DNA of 64,000 nt from Dendrobates tinctorius (lineage: Eukaryota). The stretch lies in the NCBI RefSeq assembly GCF_039654945.1, contig NW_027361869.1:1302001-1366000 (forward strand), in the 5' to 3' direction. The notes beneath the pieces were generated by a model. That model had not been told where the DNA came from and did not search any database. It worked only from the letters and a program-made list of their open reading frames with translations. A program made the position numbers and the translations under genes. The first letter of the stretch is position 1, and every line of letters begins with the position of its first letter. Below are positions 1 through 11,014 of the stretch, in pieces.

Positions 1-156
1 GCTATAGTTAAAAAAAGGTGAGTCCTTAAGGGGTATTAGAACCTGGCTCATGAAGTGCAAGTGCAGACTATGAAGTGCAAATGTAAGGTATTAGTCCACC
101 AGACCATTAAGCTTGACTGTGGTGGTGTGAAGAATAAATCTTTTCCCCCTCTTCTA

Positions 157-1925
157 TCAAATAAAAGCATCATTGATAATATTGAGGCCATAGGGACCAA
201 TTGTCTTTAATTTATAAATCCAATAGACCTCTTTTCTATTCAGTGCTTGGGTTCTATTGGAAACGTGTTCAGGGATGTGTTCTATAGGAAAAATGATAGC
301 TTTAGAAAAATCTCTTTGGTGAAATAAATCAAAGTGACGTGACAAACCGTGTTTTTGATACCCAGTTTTAGTGTTGTGTCTATGAGAGTTCATTCTACAG
401 TGAAGGGGTTGTGTGGTTCTGCCAACATACAATTTAGGACAAGGACAAAGGATGACATAGATGACAAAGGAAGACACACAGAACAGGTGGTTAGTGATGG
501 TGAATTTTTCTGAGGTGAATGGATGTGAAAAGATAAATGTATTATGAGCAATATTACTGCATAGGCTGCACCTGGGTTTCAGGCATCTGAAAATGCCTGG
601 TGTCAAGCCAGTGCAGTTATCAGGAGTACACTGGGTCAATCTGCTAGGGGCCAGATGGTTTTTTAGTGATCTGGCCTTCCTAAAAGTGACAGTAGGTCTA
701 TCAGGCAAAACTTTATTGAGTATTGGATCTTTTTTGATAATATACCAGAGGTCACCTAACATATTTTTTATCTCTTTATGTTGGGAGTTATAAGTAGTGA
801 TGAAGTTGGCCTGATAGTTATCATGTGCATCCTTTTCTTTAGATCTCTCACTTAAAAGAGTTTGCTGATTAAAATTTTTAAAAACATTATTAAAAGTAGA
901 ATGAACCAATTGGGAGGGGTATTTTTGAGCAAGGAATCTTCCCTTGAGGACCTCAGCTTGATTATTAAAATCCTCGTCCTCTGTGCAATTCTTTCGGATT
1001 CTCTGAAATTGATTATGAGGGATGTTAAAAAGCCATTTGGAATAGTGGCTACTCTTAAAATGGACATAACTATTGGAGTCAACATTCTTAAAAAAGGTTT
1101 TGGTATGAATTTTGGAATTTTTTATAAAAAAAGTGATATCAAGAAAGTCCATCTGGGTATTACTAATGTGGGGGGTAAATTCCAAACCCCATGTGTTATT
1201 TTGTATAGAAGAAATAAAAGCATCAACTGAAACGTGACTGGTGTCCAGGATTAAGAATAAATCATCAATGAATCTTCTATATAAAACAATACCCTCTAAA
1301 AATGAATCAATAGTAATAAAAGCATTCTCAAAGACCCCCATAAAAAGATTAGCAAAAGTTGGCGCGACCCGTGATCCCATAGCGGTGCCTCTGATCTGAT
1401 GATAAAAATCCCCCAAGAAAGTAAAAAAATTATTATGTAAAATAAAATCCATCCCATTAAAAATAAATTCCTTTTGAGGGTCAGACAGTCGACTGTCAGT
1501 TAAAAGAAATTTTTTAAAACAGCTCAAACCCAGTTGGTGATCAATGTTGGAATACAAAGCAGATACGTCAAAAGAAATAAAAACATAAGAATCTTTCCAA
1601 GGTGTGTTATTAGTTAAATTGATCAGTTGTGTAGAATCCTTTAAAAAACTAGGGAGCTGTGAGACATGATGCTGCATGATTCTATCTATGTAAAATGATA
1701 GATTACTGGTGAGGGAATCAATACCCGAAATAATGGGTCTTCCTGGTGGATTGATAGTATTCTTGTGTATTTTGGGTAAATGGTACAGGAAGGGAGTGGA
1801 GGGGTTCTTTACTGTCAAAAACTTTTTTTCATGGTCATTAAGAACCCCAGAATCATGCGCCTTTTTAATAAAATCATTGTAAAAAACAGTGGCTTGGGGG
1901 ATGGGGTCCTGGGGGATGGGTGAAT
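157..1925 (-). mobile_element. Penelope-like retroelement (Neptune-type), 5'-truncated ORF encoding reverse transcriptase + GIY-YIG endonuclease; left arm of an inverted pair
   Basis: RT motifs LPKIHK..PPGRPI, FDVSALYSNI, QIRGTAMGS..APTFANLFM and RRFIDD. Cys-rich linker CLKPRCSLC. Endonuclease VIYVILCPCPKLYVGRT..RMNSH..EVYWI..GLN. The frame stays open upstream of the track start at 1818 (..SPIPQDPIPQATVFYNDF..) up to the inversion junction at ~1925; there is no true ATG. Confidence 0.93.
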
Positions 1926-3336
1926 TTTATCTGACAAAAAATTTTATTCACCCATCCCCCAGGACCCCATCCCCCAAGCCACTGTTTTTTAACTGACAGT
2001 CGACTGTCTGACCCTCAAAAGGAATTTATTTTTAATGGGATGGATTTTATTTTACATAATAATTTTTTTACTTTCTTGGGGGATTTTTATCATCAGATCA
2101 GAGGCACCGCTATGGGATCACGGGTCGCGCCAACTTATGCTAATCTTTTTATGGGGGTCTTTGAGAATGCTTTTATTACTATTGATTCATTTTTAGAGGG
2201 TATTGTTTTATTTAGAAGATTCATTGATGATTTATTCTTAATCCTGGACACCAGTCACGTTTCAGTTGATGCTTTTATTTCTTCTATACAAAATAACACA
2301 TGGGGTTTGGAATTTACCCCCCACATTAGTAATACCCAGATGGACTTTCTTGATATCACTTTTTTTTATAAAAAATTCCAAAATTCATACCAAAACCTTT
2401 TTTAAGAATGTTGACTCCAATAGTTATGTCCATTTTAAGAGTAGCCACTATTCCAAATGGCTTTTTAACATCCCTCATAATCAATTTCAGAGAATCCGAA
2501 AGAATTGCACAGAGGACGAGGATTTTAATAATCAAGCTGAGGTCCTCAAGGGAAGATTCCTTGCTCAAAAATACCCCTCCCAATTGGTTCATTCTACTTT
2601 TAATAATGTTTTTAAAAATTTTAATCAGCAAACTCTTTTAAGTGAGAGATCTAAAGAAAAGGATGCACATGATAACTATCAGGCCAACTTCATCACTACT
2701 TATAACTCCCAACATAAAGAGATAAAAAATATGTTAGGTGACCTCTGGTATATTATCAAAAAAGATCCAATACTCAATAAAGTTCTGCCTGATAGACCTA
2801 CTGTCACTTTTAGGAAGGCCAGATCACTAAAAAACCATCTGGCCCCTAGCAGATTGACCCAGTGTACTCCTGATAACTGCACTGGCTTGACACCAGGCAT
2901 TTTCAGATGCCTGAAACCCAGGTGCAGCCTATGCAGTAATATTGCTCATAATACATTTATCTTTTCACAACCATTCACCTCAGAAAAATTCACCATCACT
3001 AACCACCTGTCCTGTGTGTCTTCCTTTGTCATCTATGTCATCCTTTGTCCTTGTCCTAAATTGTATGTTGGCAGAACCACACAACCCCTTCACTGTAGAA
3101 TGAACTCTCATAGACACAACACTAAAACTGGGTATCAAAAACACGGTTTGTCACGTCACTTTGATTTATTTCACCAAAGAGATTTTTCTAAAGCTATCAT
3201 TTTTCCTATAGAACACATCCCTGAACACGTTTCCAATAGAACCCAAGCACTGAATAGAAAAGAGGTCTATTGGATTTATAAATTAAAGACAATTGGTCCC
3301 TATGGCCTCAATATTATCAATGATGCTTTTATTTGA
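1924..3336 (+). mobile_element. Second, inverted Penelope-like copy; disabled by a ~375-bp internal deletion and a +1 frameshift
   Basis: Near-identical reverse complement of 157-1925. Begins ILSDKKFYSPIPQDPIPQATVF, then jumps at ~1990 to LTDSRLSDPQ. A T8 tract at ~2360-2367 (T7 in the left copy) splits ORFs 2040..2405 and 2266..3336. Confidence 0.92.
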
Positions 3337-3353
3337 TAGAAGAGGGGGAAAAG

Positions 3354-3990
3354 ATTTATTCTTCACACCACCACAGTCAAGCTTAATGGTCTGGTGGACT
3401 AATACCTTACATTTGCACTTCATAGTCTGCACTTGCACTTCATGAGCCAGGTTCTAATACCCCTTAAGGACTCACCTTTTTTAACCATAGCCTCATGATC
3501 CTTAGCACTCTGTTTCATATTTTTTGTACTTTTACATAATTTTATTTTTTCTTTTCTATATAGACTCTTATTGTTGTGTTTTCTATGTTTGTGATTATAT
3601 TTCATTGTTTTTATTCTTTACCATTTTTGACCTTTGCTTATATTGCTTTTTTTTTTTTTTTTCTAAATAAAGTGACAAACAACCCCTCAATTTATTCTTC
3701 ACACCACCACAGTCAAGCTTAATGGTCTAGTGGACTAATACCTTTCATTTGCATTTTATGAGCCAGGTTCTAATACCCCTTGAGGACTCACCTTTTTTAA
3801 CTATAGCCATGTTTTAACCCCGTGATCCATAGCACTCTGTTTTATATTTTAATTTTTTGTACTTTTACATATTTTTATTTTTTCTTTTCTATATATACTC
3901 TTATTGTTGTGTTTTTTATGCTTGTAATAAAGTTTCATTGTTTTTTTTTTTTTTGTTTTTTTTTTTACCTTTGCTGATTCTGTTTGACCC
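3354..3990 (+). repeat. Tandem ~335-bp duplication in the Penelope 3' untranslated (pseudo-LTR-like) region
   Basis: atttattcttcacaccaccacagtcaagcttaatggtct...atgagccaggttctaatacccct...ggactcacctttttt occurs at ~3354 and again, diverged, at ~3690, each followed by a T-rich tract. Positions 1-139 are the reverse complement of the first unit. Confidence 0.85.
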
Positions 3991-4042
3991 TGTATTGGCG
4001 CCTTTTTTCTCTATAAGTATGTTTCACTGTCTTCCAATGTAA

Positions 4043-4090
4043 TCTGCCCTGATGAAGTGAGCCAGCAGGCTCAGGAAACGCGTTGGCTGA
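4043..4090 (+). ncRNA. Minimal type I hammerhead ribozyme motif associated with the Penelope element
   Basis: Stem I GCC(4046-48)/GGC(4085-87); core CTGATGA(4049-55); stem II TGAGCC-AGCA-GGCTCA; GAAA(4075-78); palindromic stem III ACGCGT; GUU cleavage triplet (4082-84). AATAAA follows at 4090-4095. Confidence 0.82.
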
Positions 4091-4854
4091 ATAAAGAACC
4101 CTTTACTCTACCAGAAGCAAGCGCAGTCCTTATTGCACTTCCACGTCATTTCTGCATTTAGTTTTTATAGCATTGTGCAATTGCATGCAGGTAGGTAAGC
4201 TATCCCTGTTGCAAATGCATAGTCTAATTAGAGTATCAATTGTCTATACTTGCAGTGAATAAGAGTAGTAGTCTGTAAGTATCCGGGCTACCACCCCGCC
4301 GCCGCTTTGCCTAAGCTTTTTCCAAGTGGCATCCCTTAGAGGACTTTAACCTGTGATCATTTGATTGCTTATACTATATGCTACAATAACACAGTATTGC
4401 AGTAAATAGTGAAAACTTTTGTCTTCTATAGAGATTCACAGGAGGATAGAGATTACCTCGACAGGGGTCTTTAGCAGATCCCCAGCTGCCAAATTAATCC
4501 ATCGGTCCTCCATGATCATGTTGCTGGGGAATGATGGGAGCCGGTGCACAATGACACCTGAGAGTGTTCCATGTAAATGCCACTATCAGAGATTGACAAC
4601 ACAACAGCGTTTACATTTTTAAAAGTAACGACCTGTGCCGTGTTCTAGACGTGGCTGTTAACCATTTAGATGCTGCTGTGACATCGGCTACTTAATATAT
4701 ACCACCTGAGCCCCCTCCATACTTGAGGACCCCTTTCCAGGAAATGAATGTAAAGTTCTTTTGAGAGAAGGGGTTAATTACTTATAGTTAAAAAATATGT
4801 TTTTTTGTCTGCTTTTTAAATACATAATAATATGACAGATAGGTCCTCTGGAAC

Positions 4855-5858
4855 TGTAAGGAGATGGACAACATATTTCTTGTGTCCCCCTTGAAGAAAC
4901 AAGTATATTGTGGTAATTTGTAATGGGAACTGTGTGAAATGTGCGTTTGTGATGTTAGTATTGTTGAGTTGCTTGACAGTAAGGATGACAAGAGTTAATG
5001 TTTTGGACTAGCCCAGAGTGGGAGGGCTAACCTGAAGGGAAAGAGAGTTTCCTACTGAGACCAGAAATTAGGCATGGAGTGCATAGAAAAGAGACCTAAG
5101 GATTGGTGTGAGCAGTGCCACAATTCTTAGGTGTCCCCAGAAGTGAGAGGAGACCGGAAGAAAGAGATAGTGTGATCTGGAGGAGGAACGAGGAAGAGTG
5201 ACTCAGAGACAGTGATTTATTGGAGACTGGTCCTGGGAGAAAACTCCTAGCAGTAAGGCCCAGAGTTTATAACTGCTAAAGGTAAAGGGCCTAGACAGGA
5301 CGGAATAGGGAGATGAAGAGAGTGCCCCGGATGGGAGTACCAGAGCGTCAGCGTCAGAGAAGATAAATACTGGACAAACTGGCGACGTAGCTCCCCTAAG
5401 GCGAAAGAAGACGCTGAGCCGCGGGTTGAGTAATGGACTCTTGCTAGCTGAACTGTAGCGTTGAGCCGGATTGTGAAGAAGTGAGGAATCGTGAAAACAG
5501 AGAACAAGTAAGAGAGGGAAGAAAAAAGGATTGAATTTGTGTGAGGAAAATGTTACACACTAGGAAGGAAACATTTGAGAAAATATCTCCCCGCTATCTA
5601 CTGAATATAACCCTCCCCAAGCTAATGTTCAGTGAAAGGTTTATTTTGAACTGGTTTATAACTGGTGGTCTCCCTGATGAAATTGTCAAACATCTGGTCC
5701 TGGCCAACCAGCATCATTGGTTACGTGCGGCCTGCATGGACATAGCGCCCCCATAGCACGAGTCTATACACCCAGCCAGGACCCCCACCTTCCTATAACG
5801 TGTCGGGGCGTAAGAAACAAGTACCTCACCCACGGCTACCGCCCCGCACCACGTTACG
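4855..5858. mobile_element. Possible decayed solo LTR
   Basis: Begins TGTAA, ends cacgTTACG. Flanks gaac/gagc are an imperfect 4-bp TSD. Purine-rich non-coding interior. Confidence 0.3.
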
Positions 5859-5988
5859 GAGCAATGAAAAAACCCTCCATTGTTATTGCATCCTTTCATA
5901 GATAACAAACATGAAACATATAATCAGATGGACGAGGCTGCGGGCGATCAGGTTTTATTTTCAGCACCTAAGTAATGCACAATGTCAC

Positions 5989-6714
5989 TTAGAAGCATTT
6001 TCTATGGACGGTACTTGGTTCTTCCTGGTATTCTCGCTTGATCATCCACATTTCCCGAAACGTGGGAAGAGATGACAGAGTGGATCGAGCAATGATGTAG
6101 GAACCATCTTTCTCAGTTCTTCGCTCAGACGACGCTCCGTTCCTGGGAAAAGAGTCCAGTCGAAATACTGAGTAAAAAGATGTCTTGAAGTCAGTATCAG
6201 ACTTCACGATTGTATTGTAGACGAGCCTGTCGATACCTGGAGCCGCCATGCGAATATTATCTAGTGCCAACAGGGTCTCTGTGCATTGGAACCGAGAAAA
6301 AAAAAGTTAATACTTCTTGGATGGAGACGTACTTGGCAGGAATCTCAAATTTTTCAAACAATACTTCAGCCATCTTTTCTCAGTTGGAGAGTGGGATGAG
6401 CCACGGTGGCTCGGTGATGATGGACGGACCTTGAGGTTGTGGCTATAGATGTGATTCCACATCAGCTCCATATCATCCGAGGATGTAATCAATCCGTGTT
6501 ACAGGGGATAATTAATGGAAACCATTCCCCAGCTCGATTGTCCTTCCTCCCTGACATAAAGGTCTATGTGTCCGGCTCCGATCAGAACAGGCTTGTAGTT
6601 TGGTCGCTCGATGATATTTTAGTAAGAGAAGAACAGTGTTAGATCTCCTGATGTTCCAATCCTGATGTTCCCTGATCCATTGTTGATCACTACAGCTGGT
6701 TTGAACAGGTCCAT
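5989..6714 (-). pseudogene. Intronless actin-like (actin-related protein) pseudogene with stops, frameshifts and large internal deletions
   Basis: Kozak GCCACCACCATGG then MDLFKPAVVINNGSGNIRIGTSGD (actin VVDNGSG motif); stop at codon 32; ..YPL*HGLITSSDDMELMWNHIY..; EKMAEVLFEKFEIPAKYV; RFQCTETLL..GIDRLVYNTIVKSDTD; ..LSSLPTFREMWMIKREYQEE.STVHRKCF*. 726 bp against ~1130 bp for a full actin CDS. Confidence 0.9.
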
Positions 6715-7749
6715 GGTGGTGGCGGCTTCTAAGGCAATGACTGAGCATCCACGGTCACAATTACAGCAGACCCAGGCGATAGGAGACTGCGATTAGACAC
6801 TGACCACATCTGCTATACTGTAGTCCTGTCAGCTGTGAACTGTGGCCATTCCCGGCATGCGCAGTTCACTGCTGTGGTGGGGAAGCCCGGCACCAAGTAA
6901 TCATAGCCCAGGGCTGTGCATCATGTGTCACTGCTACTAAGAGTGGTGGCAGAAGATATGAGCAGTGGCGGTGATAGGAGGTATACACACAGCGCAGCAG
7001 TGGTGAGAACATGTTGGGCAGCCTGACATTGTAGTACTAATACCAGTCTACCAAAGCTGGAAGACGTCACCTCAACGGTACCTTCTCCTTACAGTGGTGA
7101 GAACAGGTTGGTAGTCTGGCATTAGTAGTATAATAACAGGCTGCCCAATGAGTTCTCACCATCGCTGTCGCTTCTAGTGTTCAGAGCTTCACCGTGTAAT
7201 CATCGCACTGCAGAGCTCTGAACACAGATTCAGCTCCATCAATGTAAAGCCTCATTCAGACAAGATGCACTGCGGACTTCTGAATGAGCCTTTAATTCTG
7301 CCTGTGCAAAGCACATCAGACAAGGGATGACATTGTCACTGGCTACTGAGCTCAACACATTCATATTTGATGCACAGAGCACAGTAACTGGCGACAGCCA
7401 TCATCTCTGGTGCGCTCTGCACAGGTAACGGATGTGTCTGAATGAGGCCTTACATTGACGGAGCAGAGTCAGCGTGCAGCAGCCGTGAAGATTTCACTCC
7501 GGCACTCTACATCGTAAAAAATTAAAAGTGTAAAAAATTAAATAGAATTTTAACAACCTCCTTTTTCCTTTCATTAAAAAAAAATAAAGAAGTTAAAAAC
7601 ATAAACATATTTGATATTTCCTGGTCTATCAAAATATAAAATTAATTAACTCCTACAGTGAATGCCATGGTCATAAAAATACTCAAAATGCCAGAACTGT
7701 GGTTTCATAACCCTATATCTCTGCAGTGCAATCCCTGTACTTCTTGCAA

Positions 7750-7930
7750 AGTTATTTTCTCTGATGAAGCCCCCTTCAGACTGTCTGGGAAATCTGGAAG
7801 AATGATTGTCCGGAGAGTAAGGTGAACTCTACAATGAATCTTGTGTCTGCCAACAGTAAAGCATCTTGAGACCATTCAGGTGTGGGAGCTTTTCATCCAA
7901 GAGAGTGGGCTCACTCACCGTTGTATCTTA
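7750..7930 (+). mobile_element. Tc1-like transposase fragment (degraded)
   Basis: Translates with frameshifts as VIFSDEAPFRLSGKSGRMIVRR..GELYNESCV..PTVKHLETIQVWG..FSSKRVGSLTV. Confidence 0.75.
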
Positions 7931-7931
7931 A

Positions 7932-7968
7932 ACCCCTGATGAAGCTGGTTAGGCGAAACATGTTTGGG
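7932..7968 (+). ncRNA. Degenerate minimal hammerhead ribozyme motif
   Basis: CCC-CTGATGA(7936-42)-A-GCT-GGTT-AGGC-GAAA(7955-58), palindromic ACATGT stem III, then TT-GGG. Stem I has one extra T and stem II one missing base. Confidence 0.6.
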
Positions 7969-8749
7969 AGGCTATAAGCTATTAATTATAATAGCCAGTG
8001 CGGTTGTGTGAGGTCACTTACCTGCTTATACGTTATCACATATGAGATCTTGTTACAGACTGAGGTTACGCAGAGCGCAGAAGGTGGTATGAGTTTGTCA
8101 TCTGCGGCTGCGCTCTGCAGAGGAAGCAACCAAAGTGACAAAGCTCAGTACAATATATTGACCTTTGTCATCGTGGTCACTGCGTATGCAGAGCGCAGCA
8201 GCTGATAACATATTCCTCTAGACTTCTGCACTCTATACGGGCAGCAACCGAAATAAGAAATGCTCAGTATACGAATTGAGCTTTGTCATCTTGGTCATTT
8301 CCTATGCAGAGCGCAGCAGCCGATGAGAAGCTTATTTGGATTGCAGCACTCTTTATACGCAGCAGCAGAAATGACAAAGCTCAGTATAATGAATGGACCT
8401 TTGTCATCTTGATCACTGCCTATGCAGAGCGCAACAGTCGATAAACTCATCTTGACTGCTGAGCTCTGCATAAGCAAAGATAGAGATCACAGCAGATGAA
8501 TAGCCACTTGCCCTGCGTGATTCAATATTGTCTTCATTCACTGATAAAGACTGCTCTTAGCGTTTCTTTTTTTTACACTCAAGTTTTAATATTTTACAAT
8601 AATTAGATTTGTCCTAAATTATGGATATAGACACTCCCTATACCAGGGGCAGAGACACAATAATGATGGATACATGGTTGCAGCAAGATAATTTTTTACC
8701 CTCTCATGACCTCAAAAGTTCCCAAAGGGCATAAAAGTCAGTTAAATCA

Positions 8750-9350
8750 CAATATAGCAGCACTATGTATGCATACAGAGAGCAAAAGTATTTACGTAAT
8801 GTAATATTGTGCATATAGTGTAGCAGTGGTATTTACAGTATGTGTATGGCATAGCAGCATTATTTATGCATATATAGAGCAACAGTATTGTTTTTAGATA
8901 AAATATTGTGTATGTAGCATAGCAGTGGTATTTACAGTTGGTTTATGGCATGGCAGCATTATTTATGTATGCAGTATATGGAGCAGCTAAGCAATGTAAT
9001 AGTGTATATAACGTAACAGTATGTGCATAGCAGCCCTATTTATGCATATATGGGACAAGTTTTTTCCTAGGTAATGTAATATTGTGTATACGTACAGTAT
9101 AGCAGTGGTATTTACAGTTGGTATATGGCATAGCAGCATTATTTACTCATAGGGCAACATTATTTCTGAGGAATGTACTATTGTATATATAGCATAGCAG
9201 TAGTATTTACAGTATTTATATGGCAGAACCGCATTATTTATGCATACATGGGGTAACAGCATTTTTTAAATAATGTAATAGTGCATATATAGCGTAGCAG
9301 TGGTATTTACAATATGTGTATAGCATAGCAGCACTATTTATGTGCATAAA
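8750..9350. repeat. Degenerate tandem repeat, ~120-bp unit, about 5 copies
   Basis: Recurring atgtaatattgtg..tagcagtggtatttacag..tatggcatagcagcattattta. Confidence 0.75.
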
Positions 9351-9648
9351 ATGGCGGTACTATAGGTGCACAGAACAGGAGAGATAGGATTCTGTACAAA
9401 AATGAGGTGAGTACAGCATTTAAAAATGTTGTGTAAGGTGTATGAAAACTAGATTTGGCCACAAATTTCCCCCTCTGACCCTGTTGTTAAAGGATATGAA
9501 TCTTACTGCTGCCACACCTTTCATAAAGGGGACAGAGGCCCTATGCAACAATGGACAACTACTCTAGACCACCAGGACTATTACAGGGACACATCTTCTA
9601 TAAAAGTGTTACGTTGGAAAGGCGGTGTAATTTTGGGAGTAAATGCAT

Positions 9649-10911
9649 TTAACCCCTCTTTGCCCGTGTCTTCCTTTTTGGGATTGTTATGGAACCATTT
9701 GGGAACACGCAGAAGGCAGCGTGAAGTCTCTCGGTGAAGGTGGCAGAGAAGCTAAACAAGTGTCTGAACTGATCGTTGAGCTGATAAAAAGATATTAGTC
9801 CGGATTCATAGTTCACATACACCCCGAGCAGCTTGACGGGAGACTTCACAGTCACTTCTTGCCTCACGTTATTGTGGAGAGCAGAAAGGCTTTGGCGGCA
9901 CTCCAGACTCCACGACTTGTTGTTATACCCTATGTAGGCGTCACTGGTCAGCGCTTTCCGGCCCATGCTATGGTAAGCCACTCCGATAATCCATTCCTCG
10001 GCTTTACTGACATCCACTTTCCAATAATTCTGCGTTGAAAAGTTACAGGTGCTCAGGAGCTGGCAGACGGTAAAGCGCTCCGGCCCCTCTGGATGCCCCT
10101 GGTGGGCGCCGATATTGGAGGCGGATCTGCAGTCGGGCGATACCTGTATGTCCTTACAGGCAGTTTTAACATCCAGGATTACGTCCAAAGTCTTTGGCTC
10201 GGGCATTGTTTTAATTAATTCAGAGAACATATGAACCACGCCGGACAAGCCCCTCTTAAATGTCAAACTGATGGGCGCTTCATCCCAAAAGATTGCAACG
10301 CTATCACTTTGCAATTTCCTGTCCTCTACTTCAGGCTCCAGCTGTGACGTCACTAGAGCACCGCCCCCGAGGAGCCGCTCCTGCGTCTCATGTACCTTCC
10401 TGGACAGCTCCTGCTTCCTTAGCTCCAGCTCCTCCATGAATTTGGAGACCTGCGCCAGCGCGTGCTCCTTCTTCCTAGAGATTTCCCCCAAAACAATCTT
10501 CCGGGATCTCCTGATATCTTTTTCGATCATGGTAAAAAATGTGTTTAAGACTATTTCTAGAGCCTGGGAGCTTTCCTGAATTTTACTTTTCTGTTCGTTG
10601 AGGCTATGAAGCCTTTTCTCGGTGTCTTCTTGTTCCCTGTTAAGCTCCAAGAGAGAATGTTGCAGTTTGTCGTGAGAAGCTTTCTGTAGGTGCTGCACTA
10701 TGTTTCGCAGCTTCAGGTTTCGCTGCAGGGCAGGACGTTGGAGGAACACTGCATTGCACTCGGGACACTTAAAGGCTGTAGATCCATGGGGAGAATCCAG
10801 GGCAAGGTTAATGCACTCCTGGCAGAAGTTGTGCCCACAGCTCAGCATCATGGGGTCATCATAGAGGTCCAGACAGATGGGGCAGACCAGCTCGGCGCTG
10901 AGCGACTCCAT
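9649..10911 (-). CDS. Single-exon TRIM-like E3 ubiquitin ligase (RING - coiled coil - PRY/SPRY B30.2; TRIM25/finTRIM-like), 420 aa
   Basis: Kozak GCCACAATGG at 10911. C3HC4 RING CPICLDLY..LSCGHNFCQEC..CPEC, followed by RPALQRNLKLRNIV. Heptad-rich middle region. PRY LDVKTA..PERF..QLLST; SPRY YWKVDV..WIIGVAY..IGYNNKSW..LGVYVNYESGLISFY..HLFSFSATFTERLHAAF. Open frame throughout. Confidence 0.92.
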   Translation of the reverse strand: MESLSAELVCPICLDLYDDPMMLSCGHNFCQECINLALDSPHGSTAFKCPECNAVFLQRPALQRNLKLRNIVQHLQKASHDKLQHSLLELNREQEDTEKRLHSLNEQKSKIQESSQALEIVLNTFFTMIEKDIRRSRKIVLGEISRKKEHALAQVSKFMEELELRKQELSRKVHETQERLLGGGALVTSQLEPEVEDRKLQSDSVAIFWDEAPISLTFKRGLSGVVHMFSELIKTMPEPKTLDVILDVKTACKDIQVSPDCRSASNIGAHQGHPEGPERFTVCQLLSTCNFSTQNYWKVDVSKAEEWIIGVAYHSMGRKALTSDAYIGYNNKSWSLECRQSLSALHNNVRQEVTVKSPVKLLGVYVNYESGLISFYQLNDQFRHLFSFSATFTERLHAAFCVFPNGSITIPKRKTRAKRG

Positions 10912-11014
10912 TGTGGCAAAAATCAATCAAAAGCCCGATAACAGCATACGAGGGGCAGCTGGCAGTGCAGGATCCAGCGCAGATTTCCGTGTTGCACTCA
11001 CTCCATAGGCACCA

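Noticed and set aside
1896-1975. G-quadruplex motif at the palindrome centre as an independent element
   Set aside because: It is the PLE coding sequence for PIPQDPIPQ read on the opposite strand. It may have favoured the fold-back but is not a separate feature.
7761-7790. CTGATGA as a third hammerhead core (also at 5674 and 17766)
   Set aside because: No stem II-GAAA-stem III follows; 7761 is the FSDE motif of a Tc1 fragment.
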